39,434 nucleotides of DNA, from positions 1 to 39,434 of the forward strand of contig JASFYY010000092.1 of assembly GCA_045046875.1 (NCBI GenBank). The letters are read 5' to 3'. A model generated the notes under the pieces. That model was not told the DNA's origin. It did no database searches and saw only the letters and a list, made by a program, of their open reading frames with translations. The position numbers and the translations under genes were made by a program. Of the stretch, positions 27,785-37,728 are shown one piece after another (the stretch's first letter is position 1; every line of letters begins with the position of its first letter). The stretch is from Verrucomicrobiota bacterium (GTDB lineage Bacteria > Verrucomicrobiota > Verrucomicrobiia > Verrucomicrobiales > DEV007).

Positions 27785-27811
27785 TGAGGGGTGTTGCATG
27801 GTAGTGGCGTT
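27785..27811 (+). promoter_or_regulatory. Putative ECF-sigma promoter upstream of the DUF3347-type gene
   Basis: TGAGGG-N17-CGTT, identical in boxes and spacing to the motif at 24576. Confidence 0.55.
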
Positions 27812-27917
27812 TGATAAAATAGTAACACACCTCACCCAAGGTCAACGTGCACTACGGGAATGCAATAACAATGCTGATACGAGGCAATAATCAAATAGCC
27901 AAATCAAAATATAGAAT

Positions 27918-28391
27918 ATGAAAAAAACATTAATCACTTTATTATTAGTATCGCTTGCCAGTGTTTCTTCACTGAGAGCGGAGAAAAAAGAACATGATCA
28001 CGGTAAGCATGAGCATGCTAGCCATGAAGCTCATGAAGCTCATGCAGGTCACATGCTGGAGGCTTATATAAAAATTTCTACCGCCTTGAGCAAAGATGAT
28101 TTGGCGGCGGCTAAAAAGGCGGCTGCTACGATTCCGGAGCATGACGAAGACAGCTCGCTGGCCAAATCTGCCACTGCTTTGTCCAAAGCAAAAAATATCA
28201 AAGCGGCGCGTAAAGAGTTTCAGACTTTGAGCAAAAATGCGATCAAGATTTCCGCAGGCCGCAAAGGTTTTTACGTGATGCATTGTCCGATGGTGAAAGG
28301 TGGCGCAGGAGACTGGTTGCAGACCAGCAAGGAAGTTGCCAACCCTTACATGGGATCAGCAATGCTGACCTGTGGTGGTGTTAAGAGATAA
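27918..28391 (+). CDS. Secreted His-rich DUF3347-type metal-binding protein
   Basis: Signal peptide; EHDHGKHEHASHEAHEAHAGH; YVMHCPM, WLQ, NPYMGSAMLTCG motifs. Confidence 0.82.
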   Translation: MKKTLITLLLVSLASVSSLRAEKKEHDHGKHEHASHEAHEAHAGHMLEAYIKISTALSKDDLAAAKKAAATIPEHDEDSSLAKSATALSKAKNIKAARKEFQTLSKNAIKISAGRKGFYVMHCPMVKGGAGDWLQTSKEVANPYMGSAMLTCGGVKR

Positions 28392-28418
28392 GTAAGCTCA
28401 CAAATCACCCATTTAAAA

Positions 28419-28457
28419 GCAATGGCCCGGGTTTACGCCTGGGCCATTGTTGTTGTT
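28419..28457 (+). terminator. Intrinsic terminator
   Basis: Stem GCAATGGCCCGGGT / GCCTGGGCCATTGT followed by TGTTGTT. Confidence 0.75.
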
Positions 28458-28522
28458 GGGGGACGCGGGTGATGAGTAAAGTATAAGTTGCCGCAGGCGG
28501 GGGCTTGCCTTTAGCTTGTCTG

Positions 28523-30976
28523 ATGAATTGGAAAACCCCGATCACAATTTTACTGGGATTAGTCTGCGCTTGCTTATCTGAACACGATCTGAGGGGGGGG
28601 GATTCAGGCAGCGTGAAGAAGTCAAAAACTCCGGTGCCCCAACTGGAGGCCTACGAAAGTTGGAAAATGGCAGGCAGGGATCAGGAGGGATCGTTGACGA
28701 GTGCGGCGACGATTTTTGCTCCACAAGGTTTCAAGGTGGAGCTGTTGCACGCAGCGACGGAAGAGGAGGATTCCTGGGTGGGGATGACGTTTGATGGCAA
28801 GGGACGACTGATCGTGGCGATGGAGGACAAAGGGCTGCTGCGGATGACCTTGGGCAAGCATAAGGTGGATGAAGTAGAAGTGATCAATCAAGAGCTGGAA
28901 GAATGCCGCGGGCTGTTGTGGGCTTACGATGCGCTGTATGCCAATGCCAATGATTCGAAGGGCTTTTATCGCCTGCGTGATACAACGGGGGATGATCACT
29001 TGGATGAAGTGAAGTTGTTATTGAAAACCGGAGGTGGGGTAGGGCATGGGCGCAATCATTTGCGCCTGGGGCCGGATGGCCTGATCTATCTGGTGCATGG
29101 CAATAGTGTGGAATTGCCAGACCAGATGAAGTTGGTATCTCCGTATCGAAATCAGGCGGAGGATCAATTGATCCCCAACCCGTGGGACAAGGAATGGCAT
29201 CGGCGGGAGGGAAGGGTTCCCACCGGGCATATTCTGCGCACGGACAAGGACGGCAGTTTTTTTGAACTGGTTGCGGCTGGAATGCGTAATCAATTGGATA
29301 TTGATTTCAATCAGGATGGTGAGGCATTTGTGTATGAGGCGGATATGGAATGGGAGACTGGCACGGCTTGGTATAAACCTACAAGGGTCTTGCATATCGT
29401 GCCGGGAGGGGAATACGGCTGGCGACGGGCAACAGGTAAGTGGCCGGCCTATTATGAGGACAGTTTACCTGCGGTGCATGATGTGGGGCTGGGGTCACCG
29501 ACGGGAGTGGCTTTTGGTCATCGCAGTAATTTTCCAGGCAAGTACCGCGATGCTTTTTATGTTGGGGAATGGTCATACGGCCGGATTTTGGCGATTCATA
29601 TGACGGAGCAGGGGGCAAGTTATGTAGGGGAAGAAGAGACTTTTATTCTTGGCCGTCCCTTGAATGTGACGGATTTTGAGTTCGGCCCGGATGGGGCGAT
29701 GTACTTTGTGACCGGAGGGAGGAAAACCCAGTCGGCGTTGTATCGTGTGTCCTATGTGGGGGATGGTAAAGAGGGAGCGGCAGAAAATAGTGAAGTAGAT
29801 GTAAAAGCACTAGAGCAGGAAAAAATAGGGAGGAAAAAATCGGTTAAATTACGTAAATTGCGGCATGAGCTCGAAGAGCTGCAAAAATTGGTAGGAAAAC
29901 GTCCTCTTGAGCGAGCTTTGGCGAACATCGATCATGAGGATCGTTGGATTCGTTTTGCCGCACGAGTGGTCTTGGAGAATCAAGCGGTGGAGGATTGGCA
30001 GGAACAGGTAGTGGAATCGGGAGCGTTAACCGGATTACTCGCTCTTGCCCGCGTGGGTGATTCTTCGCAGCGTGAGAAAATCATCGCTCAGCTTAATTCT
30101 TTGAGTTTAGGTGAGATGGAAGCGGGGCAGTTGTTGAGAGTCCTACGCGTGTATGAGTTGGCATTTACGCGGATGGGGGAACCTGGAGATCAAGAGCGCT
30201 TGCGCTGTATCGCAAAACTTGCTCCATTGTTTCCTCATGCTCATACTTCGGTGAACCATGAGTTGTGTGAGCTGTTGGTTTATCTGCAAGCACCGCAGGT
30301 TTTGGATAAAACGTTGGCCTTGTTGGATGCGGCGCAAGACTCACGCGATTTGTCCCAGTATTTGCTTTATGCGCGTTATGTGAAAACGGGTTGGGATTTG
30401 GAAAAACGCCGTCGTTATTTAAGCGGCCTGCGAAAGTTTGAAAAAATCCCAGGAGGCCGGTGGTCGGTTAGGGCGGCGGATTCGCTACGCAAAGAGATCG
30501 TAGCGACCATGAATCAAAATGAGCTCAAAGTGCTGGAGGAAGAAATAAAAAAAGCGGTGCCTGAGCTGCCTCTTCCCCTGGTAAATGCCGAGCCCGCTAA
30601 ATTTGTCCAAGCTTGGGCGATGGACGATTTTTCCAAGGACCTGGCCGGGCCATTGGTGAATCGATCCTTTGAACGAGGCAAGCAGGCTTATTTGAAAACG
30701 CAGTGCGCGATGTGTCATCGCATGGCTTCGGTGCAAGCGACGGCTTCATCGGTCCTGGGGCCGGATTTGACGGGTGTGGGTAATCGTTTTTCGGTGAGGG
30801 ATTTGTTGCAGTCGATCATTCACCCTTCACGGGTGATCGGGGATAAATACCGCAACCCGGCCGGTCCGAACGTCTCGCTGATGCCTGCCGGATTGATTAA
30901 TAGTTTGGATAAAACCGAGGTGTTGGATTTGTTGATGTATTTGCAATTAGGAGGGGATCTTAAAAATGATAAATAA
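28523..30976 (+). CDS. PVC-type heme-binding protein (sorbosone dehydrogenase-like propeller, HEAT-like repeats, cytochrome c)
   Basis: GFKVEL, GPDGLIY, GMRN, GSPTG, GPDGAMYF; CAMCH, GPDLT, SLMP; start taken at ATG 28523. Confidence 0.85.
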   Translation: MNWKTPITILLGLVCACLSEHDLRGGDSGSVKKSKTPVPQLEAYESWKMAGRDQEGSLTSAATIFAPQGFKVELLHAATEEEDSWVGMTFDGKGRLIVAMEDKGLLRMTLGKHKVDEVEVINQELEECRGLLWAYDALYANANDSKGFYRLRDTTGDDHLDEVKLLLKTGGGVGHGRNHLRLGPDGLIYLVHGNSVELPDQMKLVSPYRNQAEDQLIPNPWDKEWHRREGRVPTGHILRTDKDGSFFELVAAGMRNQLDIDFNQDGEAFVYEADMEWETGTAWYKPTRVLHIVPGGEYGWRRATGKWPAYYEDSLPAVHDVGLGSPTGVAFGHRSNFPGKYRDAFYVGEWSYGRILAIHMTEQGASYVGEEETFILGRPLNVTDFEFGPDGAMYFVTGGRKTQSALYRVSYVGDGKEGAAENSEVDVKALEQEKIGRKKSVKLRKLRHELEELQKLVGKRPLERALANIDHEDRWIRFAARVVLENQAVEDWQEQVVESGALTGLLALARVGDSSQREKIIAQLNSLSLGEMEAGQLLRVLRVYELAFTRMGEPGDQERLRCIAKLAPLFPHAHTSVNHELCELLVYLQAPQVLDKTLALLDAAQDSRDLSQYLLYARYVKTGWDLEKRRRYLSGLRKFEKIPGGRWSVRAADSLRKEIVATMNQNELKVLEEEIKKAVPELPLPLVNAEPAKFVQAWAMDDFSKDLAGPLVNRSFERGKQAYLKTQCAMCHRMASVQATASSVLGPDLTGVGNRFSVRDLLQSIIHPSRVIGDKYRNPAGPNVSLMPAGLINSLDKTEVLDLLMYLQLGGDLKNDK

Positions 30977-30977
30977 T

Positions 30978-31781
30978 ATGAGGAGTTTGACTTTGGGTCT
31001 GTTGGTGGGGATGGGCTTAGGTTTCGCGGCTTGTTCATCGACATCGGGTGTTTCTGGTTCTTTGTCCAATACCACGACTTTCCCGAACTTTTCGCATTGG
31101 GACGACATCCCGTCGATTGCCACCTTTCCTGCCGACAAAGCCCCGGCTGTGATTCACCGGGCATCGAGGGGATTGGAAGCTGATGAAAAATACCGTAAGC
31201 GGGTGGCGCAGGCGCGGCGACGACCGGACATATCCTGGGGAGCGTATCATTTTTGCACCGGGGGAGATGTGCAGAGGCAGCTCGATTTTGCGATGAGACA
31301 AATCGCTTACGATCCGGCAGGCCCTTATCGGACCTTGATGGTTTTTGATTTTGAGCACAATGTGGTGGGGAGGGGTAATCATATGTCTGTCGCCCAACTG
31401 GCAGAGTTGATCCGCCGTTTTCATTCCAAGACCGGAGTGTATCCGGTGATTTATGTGAACCCGAATTGGTTCAATAAACGGGCGCACTCAGATCGTCACA
31501 GCGCTGACGACGAGCGGGTGATCCGACGTTGCCCGTTGTGGACTTCGGCTTACAAAGGCAAACCTAACCCGACCAACATTTTCCGCAATTGGACGGTGTG
31601 GCAGTATTCGGGAGATACCACCAATGCGGGTTACGGAGACTATGCGGGAACTTTTGAAAAGGCCAAACACCCGCGCGGGGTGAAGGGGGTGGGCAAGAAG
31701 CTGGAGATGAATCTTTTCCGCGGCAACAAGTCGAGTTTGAAGAACTTCTGGGCGAGGCATTCGATCCCCACACGGTATTGA
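30978..31781 (+). CDS. GH25 muramidase-like lipoprotein
   Basis: Lipobox FAAC; SHW, WGAYHF, DFE, PVIY, PLW, WTVWQYS; alternative start at 30966. Confidence 0.82.
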   Translation: MRSLTLGLLVGMGLGFAACSSTSGVSGSLSNTTTFPNFSHWDDIPSIATFPADKAPAVIHRASRGLEADEKYRKRVAQARRRPDISWGAYHFCTGGDVQRQLDFAMRQIAYDPAGPYRTLMVFDFEHNVVGRGNHMSVAQLAELIRRFHSKTGVYPVIYVNPNWFNKRAHSDRHSADDERVIRRCPLWTSAYKGKPNPTNIFRNWTVWQYSGDTTNAGYGDYAGTFEKAKHPRGVKGVGKKLEMNLFRGNKSSLKNFWARHSIPTRY

Positions 31782-31906
31782 ATGCTGCGGGTTATGTTGG
31801 TTAGCGCATTGCTACCCCATGCCGAGCATTTTGGAGGAATGATCGTGAGATGAAATAATAGAAGCGGAGCCGTGGAGCAACGAAGCTCGCTGGAGCTAAT
31901 ACTATC

Positions 31907-34513
31907 CTACGAAGCTTTTTTCTTTGCTGCTTTCTTTTTGGGAGCGGCTTTTTTAGCGGCCACTTTTTTGGCGGGCACCTTCTTTTTCCTGGGTGGAAAC
32001 TGCCAACTGAGGATGCGGCGGCCTTTGGCGTTGCAACCGAGTTTGGCAGAGAAGGGGCGGCCTTTTTTGGAGATGAAGGTTTCGATCAGGTCGGTTTCGC
32101 CTTCGGCGAAAAACTTGAGTGCCTGTTCTCTGGTCAGCACCACTTTGCACATTTCTTTGCTTAAGCGGCCTTTACAGCCGTCACCGAGCACTCGCTCGCT
32201 ACAGGCATAGGAGGTCGGGGTTTCGTAGATGTTACCTTTTTCACAAACCGGGCAAAGGCACAGGGAGTCGCCTTTTTCCATTGCTTCTTTGATCGAGACT
32301 TCTTCAGCTTCTTCAGCTTCGGATTTTTCAAAAACAAAACCAGCTTTGAGGCCGTTCTTTTTGTCTTCGTTTAATACGATGGCGGCATCAAAAGGTTTTT
32401 TGAATCGACTGAGGAACCCGGTTAGTGGGCCGACGTGTTTGGTGGTGAGCAGTTGTTTGGCTTCGTCTTCGCTCAAGCCACGGCTGGCGACCACTTTGGA
32501 AAGATTGAAATTGCATTCGGGTTCGATGCACTTGTAACGTCCGGCGTCCTGTCCCAGTTCGGCAGCTCCACAGACAGGGCAGGGCACGGGGAAGGTGGGG
32601 TATTCGCGGTTGAGTTCTTCTTCGGCGTAAGCTTTAGCCGTAGAGACAACATTACTGGTCAGGCTACGGATTTCCTCCATGAATACCGGGCGGGTCAGTT
32701 CGCCTTGTTCCATCAACTTGAGTTTGTGCTCCCATTCGCCGGTCATCTCGGGAGAGGCAAGGATGTCGATTTTCATCTCGCGCAATTGATCGATGACGCG
32801 CACACCACGATTGCTGACAAAGATCTCGCGCCCTTCGCGGGAGATGTATTTGTCCATGATGAGTCCCTCGATGATGGAGGCGCGGGTGGCGGGAGTGCCG
32901 AGGCCGCGTTCGCTCATGGCGTCGCGCAGCTCTTCGTCTTCGACGCGTTTGCCTGCGGTCTCCATGGCGGAGAGCAGGGTGGCTTCGTTGTAACGTGCCG
33001 GAGGTTTGGTCTCTTTTTCCTTGAGAGTGATTTCTTCCGCTTTGGCGCTCTCGCCGTCGGCGACTGGGACGATGTTTTTGTCGCCGCCTTTGCCTTCGCT
33101 GTCAGATGCTGCGGCGTTTTTACCGTAAACTTCGAGCCAGCCGGGCACGGTCAGAACCTTGCCGTCGGATTTGAAGGCGTCTTCACCGATGCGTGAAATA
33201 CGGGTGGTGATTTGAAATTCTGCGGTGGGGTAGAATACCGATACAAATCGACGCGATACCATGTCGAAAAGTTTCTGCTCAAATTCATTGAGATTCTTGG
33301 GCACCTGGCCGGTCGGAATGATCGCAAAGTGATCGCTTACCTTGGCGCCATTAAAAATCCGCTTGCTGGGTTTGACCCATTGCTGGTTGACCACATGATC
33401 GGCAAATCCGGGCAGGTCGGTGAACGCAGAATTTTTGGCATCGGCGATTTTTTTCAGCGTGCCGATGGTGGTCGGGATGTAATCGTCGGGCAGAAAGCGG
33501 GCATCGGTTCGCGGATAGGTGAGGGCTTTGTGGCGCTCGTAGAGAGCTTGGGCAATCTGCAGGGTGCGCTTTGCACTGAAACCAAAACGTCCGTTGGCTT
33601 CGCGTTGCAAACTGGTCAGATCGTAGAGCAGAGGCGGGGCTTGTTTGGTGGGCCTTTTTTTCTCACTGACGATGGCGGTCTGGCCGCTGCAACGGGAGAC
33701 GATGGTTTGTGCTTGTTCTTTGTCCCAGATGCGTTCGGCGCGTTGGTGGGCGTCGTTTTCATCTTTCTTGAAGGTTTCATTAAACCAGCGGCCAGGGTAG
33801 TTGCCGGCGGCGACGGAGAAATCCCCATGAATTTCAAAATAGGGGCGCGAAGTGAATTCGGCGATTTGCTGTTCACGTTCGGACAACAGGGCGAGGGTGG
33901 GGGTCTGAACCCGGCCAACGGGGGTTTTGTTGAAACCACCGTATTTGGAGTTGAAAGCGGTCATCGCGCGGGTGGAGTTGATACCGACCAGCCAGTCACT
34001 TTCCGAGCGGCACACGGCGGCGTCGGCCAGTGGCTGCATTTGCTCGGCAGTGCGCAAATTGCCAAAAGCGTCGAGGATGGCCTGATTGGTCATCGATTGA
34101 AACCACAGCCGTTTGGTCGGTTTGGTGATACCTGAGAGTTTGATGATATAAAAAAAGATCAGCTCACCTTCACGCCCGGCATCACAGGCGTTGATGATTT
34201 CATCCACGTCCTTGCGTTTCATCAGACGCTTCAACAGATTGTAACGGGCTTTGTTGCCGTCGATCGGTTGCAGATCGAACTCGTCGGGCATCACAGGCAG
34301 GCAGTCGAATTTCCATGGCAGCGCTTTGCCATTGGGGCCGAGCGGTAGTTTTTGTTCTACCAGGTGACCGACGGCAGACGAGATGATGTATCGATCGTTC
34401 TCGAAAAAGTCTTTTTCCTTTTTAAATTTCTCAATGCTAGGAGAGCCGCCAAGAACTCGGGCCAGATCGGTAGCGACACTGGGTTTTTCGGCGATGATGA
34501 GCGATTTGGACAT
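31907..34513 (-). CDS. topB: Type IA DNA topoisomerase III
   Basis: [47 protein letters not shown]-terminal Cys-rich modules and Lys/Ala tail. Confidence 0.93.
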   Translation of the reverse strand: MSKSLIIAEKPSVATDLARVLGGSPSIEKFKKEKDFFENDRYIISSAVGHLVEQKLPLGPNGKALPWKFDCLPVMPDEFDLQPIDGNKARYNLLKRLMKRKDVDEIINACDAGREGELIFFYIIKLSGITKPTKRLWFQSMTNQAILDAFGNLRTAEQMQPLADAAVCRSESDWLVGINSTRAMTAFNSKYGGFNKTPVGRVQTPTLALLSEREQQIAEFTSRPYFEIHGDFSVAAGNYPGRWFNETFKKDENDAHQRAERIWDKEQAQTIVSRCSGQTAIVSEKKRPTKQAPPLLYDLTSLQREANGRFGFSAKRTLQIAQALYERHKALTYPRTDARFLPDDYIPTTIGTLKKIADAKNSAFTDLPGFADHVVNQQWVKPSKRIFNGAKVSDHFAIIPTGQVPKNLNEFEQKLFDMVSRRFVSVFYPTAEFQITTRISRIGEDAFKSDGKVLTVPGWLEVYGKNAAASDSEGKGGDKNIVPVADGESAKAEEITLKEKETKPPARYNEATLLSAMETAGKRVEDEELRDAMSERGLGTPATRASIIEGLIMDKYISREGREIFVSNRGVRVIDQLREMKIDILASPEMTGEWEHKLKLMEQGELTRPVFMEEIRSLTSNVVSTAKAYAEEELNREYPTFPVPCPVCGAAELGQDAGRYKCIEPECNFNLSKVVASRGLSEDEAKQLLTTKHVGPLTGFLSRFKKPFDAAIVLNEDKKNGLKAGFVFEKSEAEEAEEVSIKEAMEKGDSLCLCPVCEKGNIYETPTSYACSERVLGDGCKGRLSKEMCKVVLTREQALKFFAEGETDLIETFISKKGRPFSAKLGCNAKGRRILSWQFPPRKKKVPAKKVAAKKAAPKKKAAKKKAS

Positions 34514-34518
34514 AAGAT

Positions 34519-35649
34519 TTAGATCAGCTTGACGAATTGTTTGCCTGGCAGTTGTTTGACGAGCCTTTTCATTTCAAGGCGCAGCAGGGTAGCGGAGACG
34601 GTGGCACTTGGCAATTTTGTTCTTTGGGTGATAATGTCGATCTGGGTTTCAGATGATTCGAGTGCCTCGTAAACTGTTTTTTCCGTGTCGTCAAGTTTCG
34701 CGGTCAGAGAATGGGATTCTGTTTCGTCTGAAAAAAGGGAGCCGGTGCTTGCATTGCCGGCATTATTTTCTACGGGGAAGAGCATTTCACGCTCTTCGAG
34801 GATGTCATTGGCATCCGTCACCAGTGTCGCTCCCTGTTGGATCAGGCGATTGCAGCCGACGGAGGTTGGGCGATCGATGGGGCCGGGCACGGCGTAAACA
34901 TTGCGCCCCTGGTCGAGCGCTTGATTAGCGGTGATCAGCGATCCGCTACGGGCGGGGGCTTCGGCGACGAGGATGCCAAAACTCATGCCGCTGACAATGC
35001 GGTTGCGTAGGGGGAAGGATTGTTTGTCTGGCACGTAGAGCACGGGGAACTCGGAGATCACTGCGCCGGATTGGGCGATTTTTTCTGCTAGGGCAGCATT
35101 TTCAGGCGGGTAGATATTGCCAATGCCACTGCCGAGCACGGCGATGGTGCGGCCTTTGGCGGCGAGAGCGGCTTCGTGGGCGGCGGTATCGATGCCCCGG
35201 GCGAGGCCGGAGATGATGGTGAGTCCGGAGTAGGCGAGTTGGAAACTGATCTTGCGGGCGGCTTCGGTGCCGTAGTGGGTGCAGCGCCGCGCGCCGACTA
35301 CAGCGACGGCGTGGCGGTCGGTTTCGAGCAGCTTGCCTTTGACAAATAGCAGGAAGGGCGGGTCGTGGATCTCCCGTAAGCTGGGTGGGTAGTCTTCGGA
35401 ATCGAGGGTGATGAGGTCGATGCCGTGGTCGGCGATGCGGCGGTGTTCCTCGGCGAGGTCGATGTGATCCTGCCAGTGGGTGATGAGATTGGCCATTTCA
35501 CTGCCAAAACCGCTAACGCTGGTGAGGTCACGCGCAGAGGCGGTGAGGATGTCCTGGGGCTGTTTGAAGCGTTTGAGTAAACGCTGAACACGAATGGGAC
35601 CGATGCCTGGTAGTAGCGTGAGGGCTAGGTAGGCGTCGGTGGAGGTCAT
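34519..35649 (-). CDS. dprA: DNA-processing protein DprA
   Basis: [35 protein letters not shown]-terminal winged helix LLRLEM. Confidence 0.95.
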   Translation of the reverse strand: MTSTDAYLALTLLPGIGPIRVQRLLKRFKQPQDILTASARDLTSVSGFGSEMANLITHWQDHIDLAEEHRRIADHGIDLITLDSEDYPPSLREIHDPPFLLFVKGKLLETDRHAVAVVGARRCTHYGTEAARKISFQLAYSGLTIISGLARGIDTAAHEAALAAKGRTIAVLGSGIGNIYPPENAALAEKIAQSGAVISEFPVLYVPDKQSFPLRNRIVSGMSFGILVAEAPARSGSLITANQALDQGRNVYAVPGPIDRPTSVGCNRLIQQGATLVTDANDILEEREMLFPVENNAGNASTGSLFSDETESHSLTAKLDDTEKTVYEALESSETQIDIITQRTKLPSATVSATLLRLEMKRLVKQLPGKQFVKLI

Positions 35650-35682
35650 GGAGAAGGATTCAGGAGGTGGGGCAGATTGTTT

Positions 35683-36786
35683 TTATGGATAGAGGTCGTT
35701 GAGGGCGGTTTCGATGTCGGTGAAGCTTACTTCTTTGCTGACAAAAGCGTTACCTAATGACTTAAGTAACACAAAACGAATTTGTCCGTCTACAAATTTT
35801 TTGTCCAGGCGCAGGGTTTGCAGGATGGTATTGCGGTCGATGGCGGGGTCGAGTTGGGTGGGTAGGTGGAGCAGTTCGAGGGCGGCGATGAGCCGTTGGG
35901 CTTCGGTATCGCTGAGGCCGCTGTATTTTTGGGACAGACGGATGGCGGCGACCAGGCCGAGGCTGATGGCTTCGCCGTGTAGCATTTTGCCATAACCAGC
36001 GGCGGCTTCGATGCCGTGACCGATGGTGTGGCCGAAGTTCAACAGCGCACGGGTACCGGTGGTTTCACGTTCGTCTTCTTCGACGATGGCCGCTTTGATG
36101 GCGACGTTGCGGGTGATGAGTTCAGTGAGTTGGGTTTTCTCGCGGCCGATTTTTTCGACCAGATCGAGCAGGCTGGCGTCGCGGATGGCAGCGTGTTTGA
36201 TGATCTCGGCAAAACCTTCGTTGTATTCGCGCTCGGGCAGGGTGTTTAGAGTGGATACGTCGGCGAAGACCAGGTCGGGTTGGTGGAAAGCGCCGATCAG
36301 GTTTTTGCCTTCCGGAGTGTTGACGCCTGTTTTGCCGCCGACCGAGCTGTCCACTTGAGCGACCACGGTGGTGGGGATCTGGACCACCGGGATGCCGCGT
36401 TGGAAAATGGCAGCGGCGAATCCAGCTGCATCACCAACCACTCCACCACCGAGGGCGATGAGGAAACTGTGTCGGTCGAGTTCGGCTTGTAACATCCGAC
36501 GGCAGATGTCGGTGATCTGCTGCATATTCTTTGAGGCTTCGCCAGCCGGGATGACTACGCGGGTTATGCTGTATCCTTGTTGGTCAAGCGAAGCGATCAC
36601 TTGATCGCCGTAGAGTGGATCGACATTGCTGTCGGTGACCAGAATGCCGCGTTTGCCGATGCGGGCTTGATCGTTCAGCGATTGGGGGAGTTGACTGAGG
36701 ATATTCTCGCCGATGACGACTTCACTGGAGCGTGAGGCGAGTTCGAGAGTGATGCGGGTGGGATCTCCTGTTTGGATGTTAGGCAT
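35683..36786 (-). CDS. aroB: 3-dehydroquinate synthase
   Basis: GGGVVGD, PTT..AQVDSSVGGKTG, KNLIGAFHQP, LNFGHTIGH, HGEA. Confidence 0.96.
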   Translation of the reverse strand: MPNIQTGDPTRITLELASRSSEVVIGENILSQLPQSLNDQARIGKRGILVTDSNVDPLYGDQVIASLDQQGYSITRVVIPAGEASKNMQQITDICRRMLQAELDRHSFLIALGGGVVGDAAGFAAAIFQRGIPVVQIPTTVVAQVDSSVGGKTGVNTPEGKNLIGAFHQPDLVFADVSTLNTLPEREYNEGFAEIIKHAAIRDASLLDLVEKIGREKTQLTELITRNVAIKAAIVEEDERETTGTRALLNFGHTIGHGIEAAAGYGKMLHGEAISLGLVAAIRLSQKYSGLSDTEAQRLIAALELLHLPTQLDPAIDRNTILQTLRLDKKFVDGQIRFVLLKSLGNAFVSKEVSFTDIETALNDLYP

Positions 36787-37711
36787 GGTGATGAGTGAGA
36801 TGAAGGAAGGTGGTCAGGATTTTCTCGACAAGTGAGTCTGTGCTTTCGTTTGGCTCGGCGCAAATGGTTTGAAAGCCTTTTTCGCGGCGGAACCAGGTGC
36901 TTTGGCGTTTGGCAAAGCGGCGGGTGTTTTGCTGGATTTGGTTGATGGTCTCTTCGCGGGTGGTTTGTCCGTCGAGTAAGAGGCGGATCTCGCGTAGGCC
37001 GATGGCTTTTTCTGCGGTGCTAGAGCAGGGGCCGAGTTGTTCTACTTGTTCGACCACTCCTTGTTCGAACATCTGCAGGGTGCGTTGGTTGATGCGTTGG
37101 TAAAGCTGTTCGCGTTCACGGGTTAAGACGATGCCATGGAAGGTGGGTGGGGGATTTTGTTGCCAGTCTTTTTTCAAAGCGGAGGAAGGGCGTCCGGAAA
37201 GCAGGGTGATTTCGATCGCTCGAGTGATGTAACGACGGTTTTTCAGATTGATGGTGGCGGCAGCTTCGGGGTCGATGAGTTGCAACCACTGGATCAGATC
37301 ACCGAGGGGCAGTTTGTCGCATTTTGCCCGCAAGGGAGCATCGGCAGGCGGGGTGGGCGACAGGCCGTGGGTGAGGGCTTTGATATACAAACCACTGCCA
37401 CCGGTGATGATGGGCAGGCGATCCCTGGCGAGGATGTCGGTGACTACGGATTGAACCCGATCAGCGTAATGAGCGACATCGAAGTCTTCTTGCGGCGAGA
37501 TGGCGCCAAAAAGATGGTGGGGGACTTGCGCTCTCTCCTCAGTGGAGGGCATGGCCACCAAGGTGTCCATGTCACGATAAATTTGGAAAGCGTCGGCGTT
37601 GACAATTTCCCCCTGGCATCGTTGTGCCAGCTTGAGAGCGAGCGTTGTTTTTCCACAGCCGGTGGGGCCGGCTAGGAAAAACAGACGTTCAAGTGGAAGG
37701 GCTCGTTTCAC
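36779..37711 (-). CDS. miaA: tRNA dimethylallyltransferase
   Basis: GPTGCGKT, ADAFQIY, GGSGLY, AIG, TRRFAKRQSTWF; GTG start. Confidence 0.95.
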   Translation of the reverse strand: MKRALPLERLFFLAGPTGCGKTTLALKLAQRCQGEIVNADAFQIYRDMDTLVAMPSTEERAQVPHHLFGAISPQEDFDVAHYADRVQSVVTDILARDRLPIITGGSGLYIKALTHGLSPTPPADAPLRAKCDKLPLGDLIQWLQLIDPEAAATINLKNRRYITRAIEITLLSGRPSSALKKDWQQNPPPTFHGIVLTREREQLYQRINQRTLQMFEQGVVEQVEQLGPCSSTAEKAIGLREIRLLLDGQTTREETINQIQQNTRRFAKRQSTWFRREKGFQTICAEPNESTDSLVEKILTTFLHLTHHHA

Positions 37712-37728
37712 GTGCCATTCCCCAAGGT

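Noticed and set aside
30978..31781. Prophage endolysin
   Set aside because: It has a lipoprotein signal, and no holin, integrase or structural phage genes are nearby.
31781..31831. Imperfect long hairpin between the GH25 gene and topB
   Set aside because: Bulged stem with a weak U-tract; possibly a terminator but too weak to call.
32435..34135. 253-aa and 307-aa plus-strand ORFs
   Set aside because: Antisense shadows of topB.
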